Assembly (NCBI RefSeq): GCF_006345805.1
Contig: NC_043012.1
Span: 26,164,001-26,228,000 of the forward strand
DNA from: Octopus sinensis
Taxonomy: Eukaryota
Direction of reading: 5' to 3'
Length of the DNA: 64,000 bases
This document shows, in pieces, positions 52,382 through 64,000 of this stretch; within the stretch, counting starts at the first letter, position 1, and each line of letters begins with the position of its first letter. The position numbers were made by a program, and so were the translations under genes. The notes below the pieces were generated by a model, which was given only the letters and a program-made list of their open reading frames with translations, was not told the origin of the DNA and ran no database searches.

Positions 52382-52569
52382 ATGTATGTATCTATGTATG
52401 TATGTATGTATGTATGTATACGACAGGCTTCTTTCAGTTTCCGCCTACCAAATCCACTCACAAGGCTTTGGTCGGCCTGAGGCTATAGTAGAAGACACTT
52501 GCCCAAAGTGCTATGCGGTGGAATTGAACCACGTAACTGGAAAGTAAGCTTCTTACCACACAGCCACGC
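52100..52569 (-). mobile_element. SINE family A
   Basis: Ends CTTACCACACAGCCACGC. Confidence 0.9.
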
Positions 52570-52741
52570 TTATTTATTTATTTTACAGTCGACCCATAAA
52601 TGACCCCAGCCTAAATTCACAAAGAAATGTCCCTCGCCATCTTCAATAATAGCAAATTTCTCCCCCACTCTTCCCCCTCTCTTTAGATAGAAAACTGTTT
52701 CTTGTCATAGACACTCTTGTTAGCTCCAATTTCTAGGTATA

Positions 52742-52962
52742 CAGAAATCACTCGACTATCGCGGGTGTTACGTTCCAAAAGATCCCACGTTAGGTGAAAA
52801 TCCGCGAAGTAGAATCAATACTGTACCGTATATTTTCTTATTATTTTTATAATTTACATATATTTATTTTTTTATAAATGCAAAACAACACCACGGAGGA
52901 ATCAACGTAAGCTTAAAAAATAAACCGCGATAGGTGAACCGCGATATGGCGAATGATTGCTG
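52742..52962. mobile_element. Tigger/pogo-type MITE with TA target-site duplication
   Basis: TA|CAGAAATCACTCGACTATCGCGG ... CCGCGATATGGCGAATGATTGCTG|TA. Confidence 0.8.
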
Positions 52963-53489
52963 TAATTAGAAGACTATTCACAGACATCCGCAGAGGAATC
53001 TCAAAATATCAGCTAACAGGGACAAACCCCCCAGGCACACAAGGAAGGGTTTGCTTCCAGTATGTTAGTTGATAGCCTACTCCACGACCGAATCTGACGA
53101 GAGATAAGAAGAGGAATGTAATCTAGGTCGGTCTACCATTCAACATAGAGATTTCCACTAATGTAGAAGGAGCTTTTGATATTCCTGTCGCAAATTAAAG
53201 AGCATTCCCGAGAACCCATATATATATATGTATATCATGAACTCGTTAATTCCTATATTGTCAAAGTTAATATTCCTGCTTTCAGAATATTGTTTCCAGT
53301 GTTGCACGCTATAGCATATGCAAACTAGCATCCACTCAGACCCTACCTGTAAGTGCCGAATTTTTACTGACCACGAAGAGATTCGTGCATCCCAAAGGCT
53401 ACCGTATATATACCCCCTCACATAACCCGATGACATCATCATCCACTACACAGGCATAACAACCAACAGTTTAAAGGATACATACGCAC

Positions 53490-54270
53490 AACATAGGCAC
53501 TCTTCCAGTTGTATAAACAGGGCAAACTACACATTTCCTGATTCATTTGGAGACACTAAGATCACCGAAATGTCTGTAAGAATATGATAGAGATACACCT
53601 CGTCTTTACTCAACTGGGGCTCGTTACTGCCATCTGGGATTTCGTGAGAAACCGATCAAATTCCACCAGTCCTCAGTATATACCAACAGAAAATATGACC
53701 TTATTGTGTTGCCACCAACGTTGTGCCTTGTCAGTGAACTAGACTTGGATATGCCACAATGATAGTCTTATCTGGCCGACGCATAAGGGAAAAAAGTATT
53801 TAATTCCTGCTGCTCACAGATGCTACAGCACATTAATTTGCATAAAGCAAACTCACTTGCGGAACGCACCATCAAATCGTTTATATCAACATAATTATAC
53901 AAATTGTTGCTAAGTAATTCATTCACCAGAAGACTAAATAAATTGCTGCAAAAAACTTGCTTAACAAACTCAAAATGTGGAATGCAATCTGCAGAACTGA
54001 TGTCGCTGCATATGCCAACCAGCAAAAATGCCGACACGATGACACTAACATCCTATCTAGAACGCGTAGAGTTAGTTAATCATAGAATAAACTGATATCG
54101 TTCTGATAATGTAAATAACCACTTAAGCTGAACTGACCAATGGAGGCCTAAATACAAAGGAGACATTGTAAATTTATTTTCATTCTCTCCATACTTTGCC
54201 CAGCATCTGATGAGGCACAGTGCCCCATGCATGCGTAACTTTAAGTGCTGTAGAACTGAAACAAGCTCCT
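53490..54270 (+). pseudogene. Possible very old Penelope-like 3' end with a decayed hammerhead
   Basis: Faint NVV..LAD/RIRE GIY-YIG-like remnants; CTGATGA (54207) ... GAAAC (54258) with a long imperfect stem II. Confidence 0.3.
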
Positions 54271-54761
54271 TTTAAATATGAATGTGTGTATACGTGCGTG
54301 TGCGTGCGGGTTTTTTATACACATAAACAAACACGCTCCATACAACCCCCACCCCACCACATATACATGTATTCATATATACAAATACATACACACACAT
54401 ACACATATATATATATAGGCATATAGATGTGTATGCATAAATATACTTACCCTGATAAGATAAGAAATGACATCGGTGTATGCGTATGTGTGTGTAAATA
54501 TATATATATACATACGTTAGTGAATATAAATGTATATGTGTTTGTATGTGTGTATATTTTTTCTGTATATTTTTGTGTATATGTAGACGTTAAGATATAC
54601 ATTAACACACACACACACATATATATATATATACATATATATACACATTCATACGTACATACATATATTTATCTATATATATATATACACACATACACAT
54701 ATACGTATATATATGTCTCTCCCTCTCTCTCTATATATATATTTATGTATATACATATATT

Positions 54762-54797
<36 letters not shown>

Positions 54798-54861
54798 ATA
54801 TGTATGTATGTATGTATATATGTATATGCATAAATACATGTATCTATCTATCTATCTATTT

Positions 54862-54895
<34 letters not shown>

Positions 54896-55504
54896 ATATA
54901 TATATATATTACACATATGAATATATGCTTCTATCGATATGTATGTAAGTATTGTCTGTATTTATGCATCATATATCTATGGCTGTGAAAGAATCTCAGC
55001 TTGTAATCGTATTAATATACAATTATGAAGTAATCAATATTGAATACAAGCTATTATATAAATGAGTTTATTCGTATTTCTCCAACAGCGCAAGCATTAT
55101 TTCAGTCGAACAAATAATATTCATTGAACATCATGAGATTAGAATGTATCTTTGTCTCTACGCGAGTGTGTGTGTGTATGTATCTCTGTGTCTCTCTGCG
55201 TGTCTGTCTTTGTATGTATATGTGTGTGTGTTTGTGCGTGTGTGCATAGATGTGCCAAAATATACAGAACAAATACAAGTAAATACATTAGAATACGTAT
55301 ATTTTTCTTTATTTCCAATCGACGGATTCACTAAAGGTTTTCAGAGGCCCACTTTTTTTAAATGGCATTTATTCACTCCTTTCTCTGATCAGTTTCCTGC
55401 ACGAACTCTCAGATATCGAATGACTTTTGCACGAATCTACTGCCGCTTCAGTCACATTTGTAACTTTATTTAGCGATTAATAGTTATAATATTTTCCAAG
55501 TCCT

Positions 55505-55917
55505 AACGTTTTAGGGGAGGGTCTAGTCGATTACATCAACACCCGAGCTCAACTGGTACGTATGTTATTGATACCGAAGGGATGAAAGATAAAGGCGATG
55601 TTGGTAGAATTTCTACCTAGAATGTAGGAAGCCGGAAGAAATGTCGCAAAGCATTTAGTTCGACGTGGTACCGATTCTGACAGTTTAATAATAATAATAA
55701 TAATACTCTTTTCTATTATAGGCACAAGGCCTGAAATTTTTTGAGGAGTAAGTCTATTACATCGACCCCAGTGCTCAAATGGTACTTATTTTATCGCTAT
55801 CCGAGAGGATGACGGCAAAGTCACTCTCGCCAGGATCTGAACTCAGAATATAGAGACGGACGAAATGCCGCTAAGGATTTTGTCCGGCGAAAAAACTACC
55901 CTGCTAGCTCACCGCCT
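55505..55917 (-). mobile_element. Two SINE family B copies
   Basis: GTCGATTACATC..; TAGGCACAAGGCCTGAAATTTT..GCTCACCGCC, separated by (AAT)n. Confidence 0.8.
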
Positions 55918-56089
55918 TACTGTTACTATTAATATCGAGTTTATGGAAATTGTTCTTTGGATCACCGCTTAGATCATGGCTATCAACATTTTCTCAGTAT
56001 CATCATTCAATTTTGTGAAAAGTTTCTCAACCAAATTTTAAAGAATTCAAAAAAAGCCGTGAAACATAATACTACATTTATATAAATGC

Positions 56090-56450
56090 CTAGCATGACT
56101 CAATGGTTAAAGCGTCGCGTTGATGATCGTGAGGTTGTGAGTTCGATTCCCGGACTGGGCTGCGTGTTGTGTACTTGAGCAAGACATTTTATTTCATGTT
56201 GCTCCAGTTCACTCAGCTGTAGAAATTATTTGCGATGTCACTGGTGCCGAGCTGTATCGGCCCCTTTACCTTTCCCTTGGATAACAGCGGTGGCGTGGAG
56301 AGGGGAAAGCCGGTATGCATGGATGGCTGCTGGTCTTCCATAGAAACAACCCTAGTTTGTGCGTTCACGTGTCAGGCGACTTTCCGCCTAGACTTGTACC
56401 CCGGAGGGTAACCTCTTAGGTGCACCCATGGTCATTTATGACCGACGGAG
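56090..56450 (+). mobile_element. SINE family C (tRNA head, CORE/V-like body)
   Basis: A box TGACTCAATGG, B box AGTTCGATTCC, then TGTGTACTTGAGCAAGACA. Confidence 0.8.
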
Positions 56451-56519
56451 TCGAGGTTTCAGTTTTTAGCATTCTCCCTTGTTTCAGTCGAACACGTTTC
56501 AAAATGTAGACGTAAGACG

Positions 56520-56710
56520 TGAAATTGTAGGGGCGGGGGAGTATAGTCGATTATATCGACCACAGTGCTTGACTGGTCCTTTTTTTTATCCCTCTACAAG
56601 AGATGAAAGACCTAAGCGTAATCTGAAGTCAGAACGTAAAGACAAACGAAATGCTGCTAAACAATATTTTTTGTTCCGGCGAGCTAACGATTCTACCAGC
56701 TCGCCGCGTT
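56520..56710 (-). mobile_element. SINE family B, diverged
   Basis: GCTAACGATTCTACCAGCTCGCCGC is the reverse-complemented head. Confidence 0.75.
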
Positions 56711-56994
56711 AATGATAATAACACCAACTGCAACAAGAAAATATCAGCTGCAACAGCAATGTTGTGAGCAGTATTCCATTGGTAACCGAATAGATTTCAT
56801 GCATTTCCCCATTCACGAGAGAAAACCTATTACGTTAAAAATGGTCATGCTTATGTGAGTAGGACTAGCGCAAACCCATAGACGAAAGCAGTAGGACCTG
56901 AGAGCAGTAGACACGCATTTAGAAGGTAGAGCGTTGTTTTTGAGCGGACCCAAGCTATTCCTTTGGGAAAGCAATCTTCCTCATATCTTCCATT

Positions 56995-57370
56995 TATATA
57001 TTTTCTATTTTGTTTAAATCCTTAATCTGCACCCGTGCTGGGGCGCAACCGTGAAGGTTTTTGCTGCAGAAAGCAACCCCAGGAACCATTTTTAGTAATG
57101 GTGCATATTCTGTTGATCACATTCGTGGAACCGTTAAATTGTGCAGATGTAGACATTCCAACGCTGGCTGAGAAGCGGTGGAGGGCACAAACACAGTCAG
57201 AAAAAAAACACACACTCATATACACTTACATGCAAAAGACGAGCTTCGATACAGTTTCCGACATTCGCACATAAGACATTGGTTTACATGGGGCAAGTGC
57301 AGCAGACACTCGCCCATGGTGCTGGTATGCTGTGAGATTGAATCTGAAACCGTAAATTGAACTTCTTAAC
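56995..57370 (-). mobile_element. SINE family A, highly diverged
   Basis: Colinear remnants GAACCGTTAA, CAGTTTCCG, ACTTCTTAAC. Confidence 0.5.
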
Positions 57371-57405
57371 TGCGCTAATATTTTAATATTAGAAAATATC
57401 TGTAC

Positions 57406-57780
57406 AGGCGCTTACACTGCTGTGTGGTAAGATGCTTGCTTCCAATCGGCATGGTTCTGAGTTCAGTACCAATGCATGGCACCATTTGAGGTGTCTTGTA
57501 CTATAGCCTCGGTCCGACCTGAGGTATGTGAGAGAATTTGCGATCCCTGAAAATTAAAAGATAGCTGTACAGGCGCATGCGTGGCTGTGTGGTAAGAATC
57601 TTGCTTCCCAATATCATGATTCGGAGTTCAGTCCCATTGCGTGGCACTTTTGCCGGCTGTCTTCTACTATAGCCTCGGCCCGACCAAAGCGTTGTGAGAT
57701 TATTTGGTAGACGGAAACTGAAAGATACCGTCGCATATATATGTGTGTGAGTGAGTGTCTGTTTGTGTGTGTGTGTGTGT
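57406..57780 (+). mobile_element. Two tandem SINE family A heads
   Basis: Both start CTGTACAGGCG..CTGTGTGGTAAGA (~57400 and ~57565). Confidence 0.8.
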
Positions 57781-57818
57781 GCATGTGTGTGTGTGTATGT
57801 ATATATATATATTTCTTG

Positions 57819-57889
<71 letters not shown>

Positions 57890-57957
57890 TGTGTGTGCAT
57901 TTGTGTGTGTGTATATATATATATATATTTCTTTATATATATAAATATATATGTATA

Positions 57958-58182
57958 TTCCCTTCCGGTCTTTCAAAATGTGACCTCGTGTGTACCGTTG
58001 GCGATTTTTTCCTCTGTCTTCCCTTCTCTGGATCTTTCCTTCTCCAACGTTTCCGACGAAGAGCTCCGCTCGAAACGTTAAGCCCTCCTTCTTTCCTTCT
58101 TTCCTGAGCGTCCAATAATACTTTATTTGTTCCACGTCCTCGCGTTGTGTTTTTTTTGTGTTTTCTTGTTTGGATTAACTAT
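57958..58182 (+). mobile_element. Third copy of the ~220-bp hammerhead-bearing element (motif 58049-58083, core CCGACGA)
   Basis: Aligns to 21441-21662; flanked by TA-rich microsatellite. Confidence 0.8.
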
Positions 58183-58218
58183 ATATATATATATAATATA
58201 TGGAGCAAAATAGTTTGA

Positions 58219-58277
58219 TTCAAAATCGTTGGTACTCTTAAGTTTCGAGCGCGATGCTAGTCGTCAGCCATTTTAAA
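58219..58277 (-). ncRNA. Type I hammerhead motif, partly decayed stem II
   Basis: Minus strand: tttaaaatgg CTGACGA ct-agc-atcgc-gct-c GAAA cttaagaGTA ccaacgattttgaa. Confidence 0.55.
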
Positions 58278-58494
58278 TTTAAATGACAGACGTTGATTGT
58301 TATTACTGTAAGGTGGGCTGTGAGTGGTCAAGGAAGGTCACGTGGTGTCGTGGTTTCATGTTGGTATATGGGTAACTTTTTGTTGGTAAATACTGCATGG
58401 CGAACGGGAAATCGACCTCGTGGAGGATAGGAAATATATGAGTATGTGTGTGTATGTGTGTGTGTGAATGTATGTACTATGTATGTATAAGTGT

Positions 58495-58680
58495 GTGTCT
58501 CTTTGTGTGTGCTAGGGTGCTTACGCGCCCGTAACTTAGCGGTTCAGCAAGAGAAGCCAATAGAATAAGCACCAGGATTAACAAGATATCGGTACTGAGA
58601 TCAACGCATTCGACAAAGATCTCTTGAAGGCGGTGCCCCAGAACGGCCGCAGTCTAATGACTGAAACAAATAAAAAACAT
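58495..58680 (+). mobile_element. SINE family A 3' half
   Basis: CCGTAACTTAGCGGTTC..GGCCGCAGTCTAATGACTGAAAC. Confidence 0.8.
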
Positions 58681-58939
58681 ACAAAAAACAATACTACTCG
58701 TTCTTCTGTCCTATTATCAGCATGTCTTTGATTTCCTGTGGCGAGGAAATTATATATTCCGATATAAGTTTTTCCAAAAGCTTTCTAAAAAGGGTTTATA
58801 AATTAATGAGGTCTCGGTTCTGTCCCAGTTCTATCAAATTGCCTTTTGTTTACTGGTGATGTTTGTGGTTACGTATTTAACCCGTAAAAAACAAAAACAT
58901 CTACAAATTGAAATTTTTCATTTCAACAGCAACAGAACC

Positions 58940-59888
58940 GCTTCTTATTTTTTCTTCCCTACCTTCTCTCTCATTCTCTCTCTCTCTCTCTTTCCCTCCC
59001 TCCGCTTCTCTCTCACTCTCTCCCTCCGCTTCTCTCTCGCGCTCTCTCCGCTTCTCTCTCACTCTCCTTGCACTCCAGTCTCTCTCTCTATTTTCGTTTA
59101 TCTCCCCTCCTGCTCTTCTCTCTCTCTGGGCTCCTGTCTCTCACTCCTTTCGCTTCCCCCTCTCTCTCTCTCTCTCCTATTTTTCTGTCTGCCTCTTTCC
59201 TATTACTGTCCTCTTTCTCTCCCCTTTTCTCTCTCCCTCTTTCTTTCACCATTTCTCTCTTGTCCCCGTTCCTTCTCTCTCCCTATCCCTCTTTCTCACT
59301 CCTCATTCCTCTCTATCTTCCTCCTCTTCTCCATCTCTTCCACTTTCTCTCTCTCTCTCTCTGCATTTCTCTCTCTCACATTTATATCTCACCCCGCAAC
59401 TCTTTCCCTTTCACTGTTTTCTATCTTTCTCTCTTCTTCCCCTCCTTTTTCTCTCGCTGCCCCTTTTCATTTCTATGAGTCTCCTTATCACTTTTCACTC
59501 CCATCTCCCTCTGTTCCTCTTATCCTCTATCTCCCGAGAACTCCTGCTTCTCTCTCTTCCTCACTCATTCCTTTCCTCTCTCCCTCTCGCTCTCTCTCTC
59601 TCACTCTTTCCTTTCCTCTCTCCCTCTCACACTCCCCCACGCTTTCCCTTCCTCCCCCTCACTTTCTCCCTAACTCTTGCCCTTCCTCTCTCCCCCTCTC
59701 TCTGTCCTTCACTCTTGCCCTTCCCCTCTCCCCCTCTCTCTCTCCCACACTTTTGCCCTTCCTATCTCTCCCTCTCTCTATCCCTCACTCTTTCCTTTCC
59801 TCTCTCCCCTCTCTCTCTCTCCCTCACTCTTTCCCTTCCCCTCCCTCTCTGTCCCTCCTTCTCTCTCCCTTATATCCTACTTTCTTTT
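58940..59888. repeat. ~950-bp polypyrimidine (CT-rich) low-complexity tract
   Basis: Almost exclusively C/T on the + strand. Confidence 0.95.
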
Positions 59889-60265
59889 AATTACATTTCT
59901 CATTCAAACAATCAATAAAGTAGACATTCTGATTAAACAATTTCTTTTTTATTTCTTCCATTCCGCCATTGTTCATCCTTCCTTCTTTTCTCTCTTTTCT
60001 TTCTCTTTGATTCTTTGTCTTTCTTTTCTTCCTTCTTCCTACGATTTCTATCTTTCTTTTCATCTTTCTCTATACCTTTTTCCTTCATTATCTTTCAAAA
60101 TTTCTTTTCGTGTCTTCGGTTTTCATTTGACTTAATGTTTTCATTATTCATCTTCATTGTTTTTATTTTACTTATTAATTTTATTTTATACTTTTATTTA
60201 ACATTTCTATACTATTAATATTATTATTACTAATATCATTATTGTTATCGTTATTATTATTATTA

Positions 60266-60296
<31 letters not shown>

Positions 60297-60300
60297 AATA

Positions 60301-60340
<40 letters not shown>

Positions 60341-60596
60341 TATTATTATTATGACATTCTTTTAGGTAGCCATGTTTTTTCTTTATATATTTCAATTTCT
60401 AGTTTTCTATAATTTCCAATTAATTTTTCATGACTTAAAACTAACTAAATCTGGACTTTGTCTTAAAATGTCATTAATCCTCTTAATGTTACAGAAGTAA
60501 ATTAATTTTATTTTCTCTTTTTCTCCCCTCTGTGGTTTTTTTTTCTTCCGAAAACAAAAACCACATAACGTGATATTATAGATATTCATACACACA

Positions 60597-60674
<78 letters not shown>

Positions 60675-60827
60675 ATATGTGTGTATCTATCTATCCATAC
60701 ATATATATATACATATATATATATTTATATACATACATATACATATGTATGCATGTACGTATATATATATATACATACATATATATATATATATATTATA
60801 TATATATACATGGATATATATATATAG

Positions 60828-60868
<41 letters not shown>

Positions 60869-60957
60869 TAGATATATATATATGTATGCATGTATATATT
60901 AGTATATATATATACATATATATATATATACATATATATATATGTACTATACAATAT

Positions 60958-60989
<32 letters not shown>

Positions 60990-62084
60990 ATATATATATA
61001 TGCCATATTATATATATATACTCTATCATATATATATATATATATATATATATACTATATTATATATATATAAATATATATAAACAGGCTTTAATAGAAT
61101 AGAGGACAGAAAAACTGAAAGGAGAAAGAAAAGATAACATAATAGCAGAGAAATAAGAACTCGACTTGACATGAAAGAAAACGTTGTGTGTGTATGTATG
61201 TATATATATATATATATACACATCCATACATGTATATGTAATTATGTATACATATATATGTATGTGTATATATATATATATACACATCCATACATGTATA
61301 TGTAATTATGTATAGATATATATGTATGTGTATATATATATATACATATATATGTATGTATGTATATATATATATATATATATTTATACATATAAGTATA
61401 AATATACATGTATATATACACGTGTGTGTATGTTTGTGTGTGTATAAACATGTGTCCGCAATTTCCTCAAAATTGGAGCAAAAAATACAATTGGAAAACA
61501 ATCAGACTTGAGTAAGACAAAAGGCTGGAAACTACTATACATGTCTATATATATTTTTAAACATACATATCTATGTATGTGTATAGCTTTACCTATGTTT
61601 ACGTATGATATCTATGTGCGCTTGCGCACTGATGTATTATATATACGTATACAATATGTGCCTAGATTGACGTTTTTTTTTTCTTTCCATACTAATGTTC
61701 TCTTTCGGATTACTCTCACTGTATGTGTCGGATTATGAGTTAAATAGACAATTATATATTGTTTAAAAGCATGTTCTCTTAAGTGCAGAATAAAAGCTAA
61801 TCGACTGGGGAGTTTTTGTTTTTTATGTTCATGCTTTATTTTTCTTGAGATTGTTCTTTTCGTAAAAAAGAGAGCTGTATTGTCGTACAACGAGGAAATT
61901 CTTTAGGATTAAAATGCCTTGCAACGTGTGTATAGAATTCTGTTCTGTTTCGATTTGCTTTTCAACGTTGCTGGGAAGACAAAATACAGTTTAAATGATT
62001 CGGTCGTTGAGCCTATCATAGAAATATTTATATTTTTCATTTATTTGTATTTCGAATTTTTTTTTTTTTTTTCAAATAGAAGTA

Positions 62085-62503
62085 GGATGCGTGGTGACAG
62101 AATCGTTAGCGAGTTTGAGAAAATATTCAGGGGCATTCCTTCCGCATCTTAATGGTCAGAGTTCAAATTCTGCCAAGTTCTGTGTTGCCTTTTATACTTC
62201 GAGCTCTATGAAATATTACCAGTTGAGCACTGAGTTTCGTGTAATCCAGTTTTCCTCTCACCCAATACTTCATGTTCTGTGCTTATTGTGGAAAGAACTA
62301 TTATTATCATTATAAGTAAGGCGGCGAGCTGGCTGAATCGTTAGCACGCTGGACGAAATGCTTAGTGATATTTCACCCTCCGCTACGTTCTGAGTTCAAA
62401 TTTCGGTAAGGTCGACTTTTCCTTACATCCATTTGAGGTCAATAAAATGAGTACCAGTGAAACGCTGGTGTCGATGTAATCAGCTATTCACCCCTCCCAC
62501 AAA

Positions 62504-62580
<77 letters not shown>

Positions 62581-62822
62581 AGGCAATGAGCTGGCAGAAT
62601 CGTTAGCATACCTGGCTAAATGCTTTGTAACATGTCGTCCACCGCTTTGTTCGGAGTTCAAATGCCGTCGAGGTCGACTTTGCCTTTCATTTTTCGGGGT
62701 CAATAAAATAAGCACCAGTTAAGTTCTGGGGTTGATGTAACGTACTTCTCTCCTTCCTCGAACCTGCAGACTTTGTGCAAAAATTTGAAATCGTCATTGT
62801 TATTATTATTATTATTATTATT

Positions 62823-62855
<33 letters not shown>

Positions 62856-62902
62856 ATTATTATTGTTGTTGTTGTTGTTATTATTATTATTATTATTATT
62901 AT

Positions 62903-62938
<36 letters not shown>

Positions 62939-62981
62939 GTTATTATTATTATTATCATTATTATTATTATTATTATTATTA

Positions 62982-63042
<61 letters not shown>

Positions 63043-63305
63043 GGTAACAAAGGCAGCGAGCTGGCAGATTTGTTAACACGCTAGACGAAATGCTTAACGG
63101 TATTTCGTCTGCCGCTACGTTCCGAGGTCGACTTTGCCTGTCATCCTTTCGGGGTCGATAAATTAAGTACCAGTTACGCACTGGGATCGATGTAATCGAC
63201 TTAATCCGTTTGACTGTACTTGTTTGTCCTCTCTATGTTTAACCCCTTGTGGGTAATAAAGAAATAGGTATTTCGTCCTCCGCTACCTTCTGGGTTCAAA
63301 TCTCG
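62085..63305 (+). mobile_element. Array of four co-oriented SINE family B copies separated by (TAT/TAG/TTG)n
   Basis: Heads at ~62090, 62320, 62582 and 63052, each followed by the Deu/Nin-like domain. Confidence 0.85.
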
Positions 63306-64000
63306 CTTCTTTTTGACATATGTTTTGATTATGTCTGCAATGTTGTCCCATCATAAATGATACCGAAAGATTAAGTTTGGACCCTTACAGTTAATGTTAA
63401 ATATTTTGATTGTATTCTTCATTTCCTTCCATAGTTACTTTCGTGTAAATCGTTATAACCGACTACGATTCGTGAGAAACGTAGTAACGGTGCAGATGGT
63501 TATAATTTACAAACCGTCTACCGTGCAGTTCATGAATCGGTTGATCATCGAAAAGAAATTATTTACAGCGTTTACATTGTCTCAGTGAATACTCACTCAT
63601 TGGTTAAATTATCATCTGCCTGAAAATTATCTTATATATTTCTGGGGGTCGAGAAAATAGCGACGAAGTCTCATCACGTGAATTGATATCGATGTCTGAA
63701 CTTAGAAGAAAATATATGGTCTTTGTCCTTGAATGCAAACCAAAATTATTACAGAAACGAAATTAGAATATTGGTAAGATCCAGACGAGATAAACTTTCA
63801 AAATTGGTTGAAACGTTGACGTGATTAATGTTCTTAGGTGCAGTCAGTTGTCAGACATTATTTAATGTAGAACCAGAATAAATTAGAGCATTTTGTGTTG
63901 TTGTCTTCTCTTTTCTGAGTTAAAACTCTCGTCAAACTATCGTCTGTTCTATTTTGTTTTTTGTCAGAACAGGTCAAAAGAATTTATAACAGATACGTTC

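Noticed and set aside
58856-59918. Longest ORFs (344 and 336 aa)
   Set aside because: A CT-rich tract cannot encode stops; overlapping open frames with no domain
63690-63825. Possible exon or transposase remnant (CLNLEENIWSL; TG|GTAAGA)
   Set aside because: Too short, with no supporting acceptor or further motifs

Overview
AT-rich, microsatellite-saturated eukaryotic genomic DNA with a 100-N gap at 30395-30494. The SINE families and repeat landscape point to an octopod cephalopod (Octopus sp.); this is an inference from recognition, not a database result. No intact host protein-coding gene is evident, and almost all ORFs in the supplied track are translations of (TA)n, (CA)n, (GATA)n, (TAA)n or CT-rich repeats. 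The window is a graveyard of mobile elements: about 30 tRNA-derived SINE copies in three families; LINE 3' ends (a young RTE with an open frame and target-site duplication, R4/Dong, and four Tx1-like pieces); Penelope-like GIY-YIG relics; Tc1/mariner relics of DD37D, DD41D and TRT-like type; Helitrons; and several MITEs. The most notable layer is RNA-structural. At least six type I hammerhead-ribozyme motifs occur in short elements that mostly sit in or beside (TA)n tracts. Three cluster at 21188-21826, where two belong to a tail-to-tail palindrome. Also notable are a ~750-bp phased A/T-tract array, an unclassified (TAA)n-associated 545-bp element, and one weak candidate host exon.
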